A stretch of 64,000 bases of DNA from positions 930,001 through 994,000 of the forward strand of contig CATNEN010000033.1 in assembly GCA_950097015.1 (NCBI GenBank), written 5' to 3'. The notes beneath the pieces are model-generated. The model had not been told where the DNA came from and searched no databases. It saw nothing but the letters and a program-made list of their open reading frames with translations. The stretch's first letter is position 1. Each line of letters opens with the position of its first letter. Below are positions 1-11,735 of this stretch, piece by piece. Made by a program: the position numbers and the translations under genes. This DNA is from Macrostomum hystrix. Taxonomy: Eukaryota; Animalia; Platyhelminthes.

Positions 1-170
1 TGTAGATTGTGAATATGCAAATCTGTAGATTGTGAATATGTAAATCTGTAGATCGTGAAAATGTAAATCTGTAGATTGTGAATTTGTAGATCTGCAGATT
101 GTGAATATGCAAATCTGTAGATGGTGAATATGAAAATCTGTAGATTGCGAATTTGTAGATTTGTAGATAT
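1..170. repeat. Degenerate ~23-bp tandem repeat (TGTAGATTGTGAATATGCAAATC), truncated by window start
   Basis: Unit repeats about 7 times with variants. Confidence 0.85.
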
Positions 171-1280
171 TTACCAAGTATATATGTACGTCTACCATCT
201 ATGTACCATATGTATTGTATATAGATGCATAGATATTTAATTAATGAATAGATCCTATCCGTAAATTTTTATTAGTACGAGCCGTAGATCAACAGATTGC
301 AAAGCAGTAGATTTGTTATCTTAGCATTTTAATCTGTTACTCGTAATTGTTAATCTATCTCTACATTACGCTCGCATTAACTTTTTTAGCGTATGTACAA
401 CTCTCGCGTAAATGAAAAATAAAACATATAGAGAAATACAGAGAAATCCACTTTGAATTGTTCCTAGTGTATATAATTAATCACTACTATTTGTAGTTTT
501 GCAAACTATGACAATTATTATTTCACACCTCCTAAGTTTTGGCTATTCGGAACAATGGCCAATTTTTGAGAGAAAAAGCGAAATTATTTAAATTACGGGT
601 GTTTAATCGCATGAATCATGTCCTATGAATTATTCTATACTAAATAAATATTGCGTTCGTAATTACTGCACAGAGAATCAGAACAAGAATTGGATTAAAA
701 AAAGACTTGGCTAAACATCTTCAACATGCATAAGATTATTACTCGTATTTGCGCCAGAAGAAGCGTGGTTTTGGTCTCGCGTGCTTTAAAGAAACCTTCG
801 ATAGGACCAGCCAATCAGTGACGAGATAAAATTAGACAGAAAAGTTACAACCATATAGCGATGGGCTATACACTAATAACGATCCCCAGACCAACCAATC
901 AGAGACGGAGAAGGGTTAGAGCTACACAAAGGGTTAGATAATAGCAAAGATACAGCCGCGGTGGTGCAGCCAAAAATAAAATAAGGCAGCGCTCACACAC
1001 TGATAAATGATTTAATTATACGAAAATTCGATACACAGATAAAATTTGCCGAATCAATATTAATTTTACAAAAATTGAAAGGGTCAAACTAGCAATTGGA
1101 CTTAAAAAAGCCAATCGGAAAACACTCAGATAGATTTACCCCAGCCTAAGATGTAACCCTCGATGTAGAAAGATAGTCTTTCTTTATCAGCTTATAGGAC
1201 TCCACTCTCGAGAGACAGATCTGACAGCCAATCAAAAATTAGAGAAGGGTAGAAGGGAAATAAGGGGATCCGACAGCCAA

Positions 1281-4200
1281 TCAGACCAACGCTCCCTGGA
1301 GCAGATAGAGAGAATCGCGCGTGGTGGCCAATATTCCAATTGACTCTTCCTGGTGCTGCTGCTGCTGTTGTTTTTCAGGGCTTCCATGAGCAGCAGCTGG
1401 GCAGCAGCAAAGGCTGGTGAAGAACTGACCACCGTCGGACACCGGATGGGTTAGGGCAGTGCAGGCCAGCTGCTGTTTCTGGGCAAGGCAGAGGCAGAGG
1501 ATGTTGCCCTGCTCCCTGCTCAGCATCAGCAGCCGCTCCGGCTGGTTGGCGCCGGTTGATGATGGCACGGCCAGGAGGCGGCCGGGCCTGACCCGGTCCA
1601 GCTTCCAGCTGCTGACCTTCAGCCAGGATTTTGCGCTCGGCGGCGGCTGCTGGGGTTCCTGCGAGTTCAATGTGCAGATGGCAGCAAGCATATTACTCAA
1701 TGCTTCATTTTCATAATACCGCACTGCTTTTTTGGAATCTGTTCAGCGATTGGGTCGGCATATTAAAGTTCCCAAAGCCTGACGTATACAGCTGTCATTT
1801 TTTTGTATGTCTGATGATGAACTAGCAATAAAAACATAATTTATTAACATCGGTGATTCTTTCTTATCTATATTTTTAATTATAAACTTCTAATCGCCAA
1901 GGGTAATTTTTCTCCCTTTGTTTTCTCATTGGTTAAAAAAGATAACGTGCGCTACTCATAGTAGAGGAATTGTCCACATGTCGTCTAATTTTGTTAATTT
2001 GCGGAAAAATTGTCATTTTGAACAGAAAGATAAGACCGCGCCCTCGCTCCACTCGCCTGCTTCTCCGGCTGCGGCGGGCGCAGAGGAAACGACAACAGGC
2101 GATGGCGGTGGGGCTGTCCGTCAGGCGGAAGCTGCTCGGTGGCCACCCAGCAGGTGTTGGCGCCGGGCATGCAGGCCACAAAGTCCGGCCTGTAGACGCT
2201 GCCGCCGCCGAGTTGAATTTTGAACAGTTTCCGGCGGAAGTCGGCGCTCATGCGAAACACCTGCGCCTCGGCTGGTGGCGACTGGCTGGCCACCACCAGC
2301 TCGCCTTCTGCGTCCACGTCAAAGCCGAGGAATTTCGGGTACGGCAGCTCCTTGGAAACCTGAAGGCAGGTGGAAAGTGTCACAGTTGATTGTGTCTAAC
2401 AGCTGAGTGTGTCTAACAGCTGATTGTGTCTAACAGCTGATTGTGTCTAACAGCTGATTGTGTCTAACAGCTGACTGTGTCTAACAGCTGACTGTGTCTA
2501 ATAGCTGATTGTGTCTAACAGCTGATTGTGTCTAACAGCTGATTGTGTCTAACAGCTGACTGTGTCTAACAGCTGACTGTGTCTAACAGCTGACTGTGTC
2601 TAACAGCTGACTGTGTCTAACAGCTGACTGTGTCTAACAGCTGACTGTGTCTAACAGCTGACTGTGTCTAATAGCTGATTGTGTCTAACAGCTGATTGTG
2701 TCTAACAGCTGATTGTGTCTAACAGCTGACTGTGTCTAACAGCTGACTGTGTCTAATAGCTGATTGTGTCTAACAGCTGATTGTGTCTAACAGCTGATTG
2801 TGTCTAACAGCAAAAATGCAATGCTTGACATGTTATACCTAAGAAACTCTCAGGGATGCTAAAGCAATGTTGTTTACGGTTAAAAGTGAATTCAAATTTT
2901 GTTTAGTTCAATTTTTTCTTGCAGTTACTAAAGTACGCCTGGATTTTTCGTTGGAGGCATCGATCTATTTGGCGAAGGCAAAATGCGGACAAGCCTATGC
3001 CCCTAGGGGCTGATGAGATGAAACAGTAAGGTTTATTTCTCCTTTAAAAAATGTCCACTTATGTCACACGACTTTCGGCATGGAGGAAGTTTATTGCTTT
3101 TTAATAGAAATTTTCCGATTCTTGCATGCATTGGTCGCGTCAGGAAATGCCAATTCTAACTGTGCCATTTCCCCCTTGCTCTTAAGGGCGAATTAGGCCT
3201 GAATTTGAAACCAATGTTGCTATGGCAACATTATTTCTCTCAATTAATTTCAGCTTCTTTCTAATCTCCGACTATCGACACTCTAAATCAACCATCTCAC
3301 TCTCCTTCTCCCTCACACTCTCTCTCCTTCTCACTCTCTTCTTCTCGCTCTCTCTCCTTCTAACTCTCTTCTTCTCGCTCTCTCTCCTTCTAACTCTCTC
3401 TCCTTCACCCTCTCTCTCCTTCACCCTCTCTCTCCATCACCCTCTCTCTCCTTCACCCTCTCTCTCCTTCACCCTCTCTCTCCTTCACCCTCTCTCTCCT
3501 TCACCCTCTCTCTCCTTCACCCTCTCTCTCCTTCACCCTCTCTCTCCTTCACCCTCTCTCTCCTTCACCCTCTCTCTCCATCACCCTCTCTCTCCTTCAC
3601 CCTCTCTCTCCTTCACCCTCTCACTCCTTCACCCTCTCTCTCCTTCACCCTCTCTCTTCTTCACCCTCTCTCTCCTTCACCCTCTCTCTCCTTCACCCTC
3701 TCTCTCCTTCACCCTCTCTCTCCATCACCCTCTCTCTTCTTCTCGCTCTCTCTCCTTCTAACTCTCTCTCCTTCACCCTCTCTCTCCATCACCCTCTCTC
3801 TCCTTCACCCTCTCTCTCCATCACCCTCTCTCTCCTTCACCCTCTCTCTCCTTCACCCTCTCTCTCCTTCACCCTCTCTCTCCTTCACCCTCTCTCTCCT
3901 TCACCCTCTCTCTCCTTCACCCTCTCTCTCCTTCACCCTCTCTCTCCTTCACCCTCTCTCTCCATCACCCTCTCTCTCCTTCACCCTCTCTCTCCTTCAC
4001 CCTCTCTCTCCATCACCCTCTCTCTCCTTCACCCTCTCTCTCCTTCACCCTCTCACTCCTTCTTCACCCTCTCTCTCCTTCACCCTCTCTCTCCTTCACC
4101 CTCTCTCTCCTTCACCCTCTCTCACTCTACCCCTCTATCTCTATTTTCCATCCTTCCTCCTCAGTCTTGCCCCCCTCTCCCTCCCCTTCATTCCTGCCCC

Positions 4201-7200
4201 AGTCCCCAGCCACACCCTAGCATTATTTGGCAGCCGTGCAGGCGTGATAGAACTCCATTTCCTGTGCCTAATCGAACTGAGACCAGCGAGATTTGCACTT
4301 GACCAAATCCGGGCAGGTTCTGATGATTGCTTTGTGAATTTGTAGATCTTCTGATGCAAGGATGGGTCAGCCTGTTACGCAATCAATATTCCTACGACCG
4401 ATAGTGAGGATCAGAATGCTTCAAAATATTCGCCAGTGTTGACTTTATAAATTTACATTTCCTTAAACACACTGCACATGAATCAGTCAGGACTATCAGG
4501 TTTCCCCAGTTTTTACAACTTTAGCATTTCACAAAACGGGGCTTCTGATCCCAAAGAAGTGACTCATAAATGGAATATCTTATTCTAGTAAGCCAGTGTG
4601 TAGCAGCAAATATTTAATTCAGAAATTGAATGTTTAGTCCTTTTATACAGCTACAGAATACTCAATGATTCTTCGCAAATTATTACAATGTATTTTTTTA
4701 GGGGTGAAATTTAGTTTTAATGCTACATTCACTATTCTTGCAAGCTTGATAACATCTTGATTATAGCAATATTTCAAAATATTTTTTCTAGGAAACACTG
4801 GTGGGATTTTCATGCAACATAACTCATTTGTCCAGTTATTACACACTGCCGTGTGTCAGTAAGTTTATAACAGTTATACAGAATGCTTGCAAAATATGAA
4901 TTCCCATTCCACTTATGTTTATGTATTCCCAGCTTTTTGTTCTGCCGACGGGTCTAGAATCTTTCTTTAGTTTACGTTAACCCAACCTCGGTCGAATATT
5001 GCCGACATTTTGCGTGTGCTGTGTTTAGGTGTCCCCAGACCTGGTACTACTATGAAGTTTCACTACCCCGAGGTGGGAATTCACTGCTTACATACATTTC
5101 GTTCATTATTTCATTATTTTTATCGTTCATTATCTCATTATTTTACAAAAATGAGAGGTTGTAGCCTAGTGGTTAGGGCGTCGGACTCACGACTTGAAGG
5201 TCGGGGGTTCGATTCCCGACTCCACTGAAACGATTTGTGTCCTTTAGCAAGACACTTAACTCTGGATTGCTTCAGTTCACCCAGCTGTTAAATGGGCACC
5301 AGCATTAGCTGGGATAATTGAAGGTGGGTGTGGCGTCCCCCCAGTCCGTGGACTGAACAGCTGTACGCAGTCCTTCAGATGCGCCGCGCAATAGCTGCGG
5401 CTGTGCTGTCGGCTGCACATCTGACCCTATTGGGGCAGGTGTAATAATAAAAATGAATAACATTTACGAAAAGCAAAAACTAAAAATTCTAACTATATGT
5501 TGCGAAAATCAGGATTTTTAAACTACTAATCATAACCACAGTTATCGACTACTAAAGTAAGTTTCAACTACTAAGAGCGCGATTGGCTGAAAACATCAAC
5601 AAACCAACTAACCCCACCAGGTTCATTGTCGGTTTAGCCTGTCTTGCAGCGCATACAATTTTTACCTTCCAACTCATTTCCAAGGGGTCGATCTGTTGAA
5701 CCATTGAAGGCATTTATCCGCAGGTTTATCTGCTCGGCTCTTCCGGCTTGTGCAAAAATAAAGTCACACTTCACTCACAGCTGTTCGCAGCTGACGTGGT
5801 CTGTGCAGCTCGTGACTCATTCTCACGAGGAGCAATGCAATCTATTTAACTCACACGAACACACATTCCTGTCTCTCCTATCCGTATAAGCAGGACCCAT
5901 TCATACACTGGAAAGCTTTGCACACACTTAATGAGGCACTTCCTGTACAATAAACGCTCTTGTCCTCAATATTTTCTACGATATTTAATATTCAGTTGAC
6001 ACGCGTTACCATGGTGACGGGTGTTGACGTTTTTGAGTTGAAGAGGAGCTTTGCCCCCAAGTCAGATTTGGGGGAGTTCTTGAGCAATTTGAGAAGCCCG
6101 CGTGTGAGGCTGCATGCGGAGTACACATTTAGAAACTGCTTTAGAACCATGGGCCATTCTTAGATGATGCTTCTGTTCAGACTTACCCTCATAGCCTGTG
6201 TGAGTTACTTCGAAACAAATGCCTTATAATAACATGAATTACTCTGCAATTCACTCTACGGGCATTAGCTGCATTTCACAGGGTACCACTTTGTCTTCAT
6301 TTTCCTACCGGCTGATGTTTATTTGCTGCTGTTGCTTTCTCCCAACGTGTCACGTCTCATCTCCTTTTTATATTTTTTCTCTCAGACTCTCTGTCTCTCT
6401 GTCTGTGTCTCTGTTTCTGTCTCTGTCTCTGTCTCTCTGTCTCTGTCTCTGTCTCTGTCTCTGTCTCTGTCTCTGTCTCTGTCTCTGTCTCTGTCTCTGT
6501 CTCCGTCTCTCTGTCTCTGTCTCTGTCTCTGTCTCTGTCTCTGTCTCTGTCTCTGTCTCTGTCTCTGTCCTGTCTCTGTCTCTGTCTCTCTGTCTCTGTC
6601 TCTCAGACTGTCTCTCTGTCTCTGTCTCTGTCTCTGTCTCTGTCTCTGTCTCTGTCTCTCAGACTGTCTCTCTGTCTCTGTCTCTCAGACTGTCTCTCTG
6701 TCTCGTCTCTCAGTCTCTCTGTCTCTCAGTCTCTCTGTCTCTGTCTCTGTCTCTCTGTCTCTGTCTCTCAGACTGTCTCTCTGTCTCGTCTCTCAGTCTC
6801 TCTCCCTCTCAGTCTCTCTCCCTCTCAGTCTCTCTCCCTCTCAGTCTCTCTCCCTCTCAGTCTCTCTCCCTCTCAGTCTCTCTCCCTCTCAGTCTCTCTC
6901 CCTCTCAGTCTCTGTCCCTCTCAGTCTCTCTCCCTCTCAGTCTCTCTCCCTCTCAGTCTCTCTCCCTCTCAGTCTCTCTCCCTCTCAGTCTCTCTCCCTC
7001 TCTGTCTCTCTCTCCCTCTCAGTCTCTCTTTCTCTTTGTCTCTCTGTCTCTGAATCAGTCGACCTGTCTCTCTATTTTTGCTAGTCTCTTGTCTCCCCTG
7101 TCCCAACTAAAAGTCAATACTTATTAACTTGAAGTACATGGCGAGTCTGCGCGGTCTCTGAGAGCAAAGCCAGGCCATGCCACAGCGAGAGTAGAGAACA

Positions 7201-9268
7201 CGGACTTATTGAAAATAGCACGAATGATAATCATAATTATATGTAGTACCGAAAGGAAGGGCCATGACCACTACTGAGAGAGTTCATATTGTTGATTAAT
7301 TAACTGCCATCATACTCAGAGCAATCAGCGGCAGGACTTGAGGCCGCAGAAAATGTCACACTGGTTTGCAAAGAATAACTCATAAATATATTGGTGGGCT
7401 GGGCCAAGTCAAGCTTTGCTAATCACTCACATTTATCAGCTCTTCCAAAACATAAAAATTAATGTACTCCGTTTGCTAGTTAGCTCTTGTTTTGACATTT
7501 GCTCCATCCAACTACAAGCTGTTCAGTCCATGCAGATTTAACCGTTTTGCTAAAGGACACAAATTGTTCCAGTGGACTCGGGAATCGAACCCTCGACCGT
7601 GAGGGCAATGCTCTAACCACTAGGCTACAATCCCTTAGAATTGCATATTTTTTACTTTCCAATTTCGCATAATTGTTGAGTCTGAAAAAGCGTAGCAATC
7701 CTATTTGCTTTCAATTCAAATTTCTCTGCTTTTTTCCTTCAAAGCAGAGAGTTGATTTCCTACAGTTAAGTAAAGTTGGGCAGAGATCAGATCCTAAAGC
7801 CACTTTCTAATCCATAACACAGGCTGTTGTCTTGACTACTCGGTTTGAGCTTAACAATAAATGTCTCTTCCCTAGCGCAGTTGAGTTCCTAAGAGGATTA
7901 GCAAGGGAAAGCAGGAGAGTTGAGGCCCGGAAAATTGATCGGCGGGAACTCTCTTCCACCGCCAAGCTCTCGAAATTTGTAACGTTCATTAGAAGCCCAG
8001 GTGTGGTCACGCACACGTCTAGCGAGGTTTGGTGTAGATCATTTGGCGGGGGGTAGGCACACCTGTTGCATGGCGCAGCTTTCTCCCATGGTCACTGCTG
8101 GATAATGAAAAATATATTTGCAAGAGGCACTGGCACATTATTTGGTGGCAGTACACCGTCAGCCAGCGATGAGGCAATTCTACCCATTCCGCTGACTCCT
8201 GAAACTTGACTTTCTCATCGTCAGGCAGTGGAGGTTGGCCCTCAAGGGCGCAAATGGCACGACAAGAAGGCCCCCAAACAAGAAGGCCTCGCCGCGGAAT
8301 CGAGCTCAGGGACCTTGGTGCGAGAGGCAAACGCGTTAGACCGCTCTGCCACTCACCCATCAAACCGCAAAATAGAATAGATAGAATAGTTAGAATAGAA
8401 TAGATAGAATAGTTAGAGAAGGCCGGAACAGACGAAGGCTCACCAGCAGCGGCCGACCATCGAGGTCGCATCTGGCAATCACGCAGCCCTTCTTGACTCC
8501 TCCGCCGCTGGCTCCGGCGGCGCCAGGCCTGACAACGCAGCCGCTGACGTACAGGTGCTCGCCGCGCACCTTCAAGTCGGCGATCGGCTTCAGCCGGGCT
8601 CCGCCGCGCAGCGGGCCGACTTCAATAACGCGACAACCGCGCGGCGATCGCATCGACGCCTGCGCCAGCTGCAGGCGAAGGATGCAGGGCGAGTCGGCGA
8701 AAGCCAGGAACACGTAACCGCCAAGCGTCGACACGGCGACATGGGCGAGCTCGCAGCCGGCCAGCTCGCGCAGTCGGCTGGTGTCGTCGATGTCGGATTC
8801 CATGGAGCACAGGCTGGCCACATCGAGCAGCTTGAGCAGGCGCGGGCCGCAGCCGCCGCCGCTGAGCACGCTGGTAGCTGAGTCTCCGCCTTCGTTCTCC
8901 TGATGCGACGCCAGCAGCGGCTGTCGGTCCTGCTTCGCCGGCTGCTGATGCCGCGACTCCGAGTCTCCGCTGACCGGAATGTACACGCTCATGATGTCGC
9001 TGAATCGCTTGAAACTCTGCCGGCCTCGCGTCCTTCGATGGCGCACAACGGCGGCCGTCTGGCCCCCCTCACCGTCGGCATCTCCGTCCGCCTCCACCGG
9101 GCCAGCGTCGCCCAGTCGCACAGTCTGCTGCTCCACCGGCGACAACAGCTCCGAGATGGTCGGCGTGGCACCGCCAACGCCAACGGCTGATGAGGATCCC
9201 TCCACGTGCTGCTCGCGCTGATGTGGCAGCGAAAGTGGCGCTAGCTTCGGCTTGCCTTCTGCTGGCAT
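1281..9268 (-). CDS. Three-exon gene, ~500-aa uncharacterised protein with a low-complexity N-terminus and beta-propeller/NHL-like segments
   Basis: Exons 9268-8444 (ATG; donor CTG|GTGAG), 2359-2057 (acceptor ccttcag|GTT; donor CAG|GCGAGT) and 1658-1281 (acceptor ctcgcag|GAA). All junctions are phase 0 and join ORFs 8390..9268, 1994..2383 and 1281..1724 in frame. Beta-strand-like motifs (GYVFLAF, EHLYVSG, GFDVDAEGELVVA, CWVAT) suggest a propeller (inference). Extra exons in the 6-kb intron are not excluded. Confidence 0.7.
2386..2810. repeat. 17-bp minisatellite (TGTGTCTAACAGCTGAY), ~25 copies, intronic
   Basis: Direct tandem copies starting about 25 nt from the exon 2 acceptor. Confidence 0.95.
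3295..4135. repeat. CT-rich ~16-bp minisatellite (CCTTCACCCTCTCTCT)
   Basis: Tandem copies; explains spurious ORF 3222..3761. Confidence 0.95.
5153..5450 (+). mobile_element. tRNA-derived SINE with CORE-like central domain (family 1)
   Basis: Head has an A box (TAGCCTAGTGG) and B box (GGTTCGATTCC). It is followed by GTGTCCTTTAGCAAGACACTTAAC...CAGTTCACCCAGCTGTTAAATGGG, which resembles the MIR/CORE domain, and a TAATAATAAAAA tail. A second copy lies at ~7490-7635 (-). Confidence 0.75.
6383..7050. repeat. (TCTCTG)n microsatellite grading into a 16-bp CTCTCAGTCTCTCTCC repeat
   Basis: Seen directly; explains ORFs 6219..7127 and 6323..7084. Confidence 0.95.
7490..7635 (-). mobile_element. Second, partial copy of tRNA/CORE-like SINE family 1
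   Basis: Reverse complement GGGATTGTAGCCTAGTGGTTAGAGC...GGTTCGATTCCCGAGTCCACTGGAACAATTTGTGTCCTTTAGCAA matches the head of the 5153 copy. Confidence 0.75.
8160..8352 (-). mobile_element. tRNA-derived SINE family 2
   Basis: Minus-strand head GTGGCAGAGCGGTCTAACGCG...CCCTGAGCTCGATTCC has A-box and B-box-like motifs. The body (plus strand CAGCCAGCGAGGAGGCAATTCTGCCCATTTCGCTGACTCCTGA) recurs at 17168, 46750, 52110 and 61617; a head fragment lies at 49300. Confidence 0.7.
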
Positions 9269-9616
9269 CGTCTCAGTGTCTCAGATCTGGCAGTGGTATA
9301 GGCCTCTCCGCTGCCTGACCTGGTCCTATAAATTGTTCTTTCTCTGCTCGCCTCGCCACTCACCCGCCTCACTCCCGACTCCCTCCATCGGCGCAGGCAG
9401 GTCTCGCGCGGTTGGTCAGCCTTGGAGGAGCCGCACACCACACTCCATATTCACACCAGGCTTGCACGGACTGATTGACTGTACATCCAGCCCATTCACC
9501 TCCCCCTAAAACTGCTCCCTTATTTCTCTTCTTCCCTTGGCCTATTGTCCATTCTTTTTTGTTTTGTGATATCCCTATTTGATCCGAAAAAAATTAGCAG
9601 ACAAAGCGCACAGCCT

Positions 9617-10382
9617 GATCTACCCACAGCCTCCCATATCTACCCACAGCCTCCCATATCTACCCACAGCCTGCCAAATCTACCCACAGCCTCCCATATC
9701 TACCCACAGCCTGCCAAATCTACCCACAGCCTCCCATATCTACCCACAGCCTGCCAAATCTACCCACAGCCTCCCATATCTACCCACAGCCTGCCAAATC
9801 TACCCACAGCCTCCCATATCTACCCACAGCCTGCAAATCTACCCACAGCCTCCCATATCTACCCACAGCCTGCCAAATCTACCCACAGCCTCCCATATCT
9901 ACCCACAGCCTGCCAAATCTACCCACAGCCTCCAATATCTACCCACAGCCTCCAATATCTACCCACAGCCTCCAATATCTACCCACAGCCTCCAATATCT
10001 ACCCACAGCCTCCCATATCTACCCACAGCCTGCCATATCTACCCACAGCCTGCCATATCTACCCACAGCCTACCATATCTACCCACAGCCTGCCATATCT
10101 ACCCACAGCCTCCCATATCTACCCACAGCCTGCCAAATCTACCCACAGCCTCCCATATCTACCCACAGCCTGCCAAATCTACCCACAGCCTCCAATATCT
10201 ACCCACAGCCTCCAATATCTACCCACAGCCTCCCATATCTACCCACAGCCTGCCATATCTACCCACAGCCTGCCATATCTACCCACAGCCTACCATATCT
10301 ACCCACAGCCTGCCATATCTACCCACAGCCTGCCATATCTACCCACAGCCTGCCATATCTACCCACAGCCTGCCATATCTGC
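9617..10382. repeat. 20-bp minisatellite (ATATCTACCCACAGCCTCCC and variants), ~38 copies
   Basis: Tandem copies; explains ORFs 9545..10585 and 9579..10397. Confidence 0.95.
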
Positions 10383-11224
10383 CTCAAATCTTATTAAATC
10401 TACTCACAGCCTACGGTTTACCACAGTTTACCACAGTCTCCAATATTCGTTCGATATCTAACGAAAAGCCCTACGATGTCGTGTCTCGTGATCGACAACC
10501 GTTCGGCATCACCGGGAAAAGGCTCCCATCAAACATGAGTCTCCATATGCACAAGCTGAGCATTGGTTCAGGCATTTGTAAATAAACAAAAATCCCAATT
10601 TTATAACGTCTAGCACGCGTGCCAGCAACAACAACAGCTATAAAATTTTGCAAAAAGACTGCAACTATTCTAAAATATGAGTATCGAAAGCATTTTTTCC
10701 GATCTGAATTCAGAAATTCTAGCAGTTATAGGGCATGGTATATCCTAATTGCACTGTCGCATTCTCTCGTCTCTCTTACTCGAAATTTCTTGGAAAATAT
10801 CAGATTTCACTACTATTGAATGTCGCACGGTTCTGTTTAACACTATAATGCTGCGCATATGTAAGCCGCCTTTTCAAATAGGTGGAGCAAAATGTTATTT
10901 TTCTCGGAGTCTTTTTGCGCCGAATCAACCGAGAAAAAACACCGGTTTTCTGGCTTGATTAATCAAATTCTGGCTATTCTGGCTATAGGCACAACTGATG
11001 GGGTAATTAGTTTATTAACGAAAGAAAATTGCCTTTTGTTCAAACTGAACTTAGCTCGCAAGAAAAAAGAGGTGACCAACGCAAAAAACTAAAAGTTGTT
11101 CATATTCTTAAATTTTTTCTTTCGCCGTTCGAATATCACGGGAATAGTAATTAGCAGAGTTTTATTATCGAAAGTTGGTTAATGTAAAAAGTATGAAAAG
11201 CACTGGTTCAATTTAGTCCAAATT

Positions 11225-11735
11225 TAACCAAGAACCCTTAACCAAGAACCCTTAACCAAGAACCCTTAACCAAGAACCCTTAACCAAGAACCCTTAACCA
11301 AGAACCCTTAACCAAGAACCCTTAACCAAGAACCCTTAACCAAGAACCCTTAACCAAGAACCCTTAACCAAGAACCCTTAACCAAGAACCCTTAACCAAG
11401 AACCCTTAACCAAGAACCCTTAACCAAGAACCCTTAACCAAGAACCCTTAACCAAGAACCCTTAACCAAGAACCCTTAACCAAGAACCCTTAACCAAGAA
11501 CCCTTAACCAAGAACCCTTAACCAAGAACCCTTAACCAAGAACCCTTAACCAAGAACCCTTAACCAAGAACCCCTTGACCAAGAACCCTTAACCAAGAAC
11601 TCTTAACCAAGAACTCTTAACCAAGAACCCCTTAACCAAGAACCCTAAGAACCCTTAACCAAGAACCCTTAACCAAGAACCCCTTGACCAAGAACCCTTA
11701 ACCAAGAACCCTAAGAACCCTTAACCCTTAAGAAC
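11225..11735. repeat. 14-bp minisatellite (TTAACCAAGAACCC), ~35 copies
   Basis: Near-perfect tandem copies that degrade at the 3' end. Confidence 0.95.

Noticed and set aside
805-1285. Cluster of CCAATC motifs as a promoter
   Set aside because: Lies at the 3' end of the minus-strand gene with no downstream plus-strand gene nearby; may be degenerate repeat.
5153-5225. Functional tRNA gene
   Set aside because: Acceptor and anticodon stems pair poorly, and the head continues into a CORE-like body shared with a second copy, so it is better explained as a SINE.
11225-11735. Telomere-like array (minus strand contains TTAAGGG)
   Set aside because: The unit is 14 bp (TTCTTGGTTAAGGG), not TTAGGG; it is interstitial and resembles the other minisatellites.
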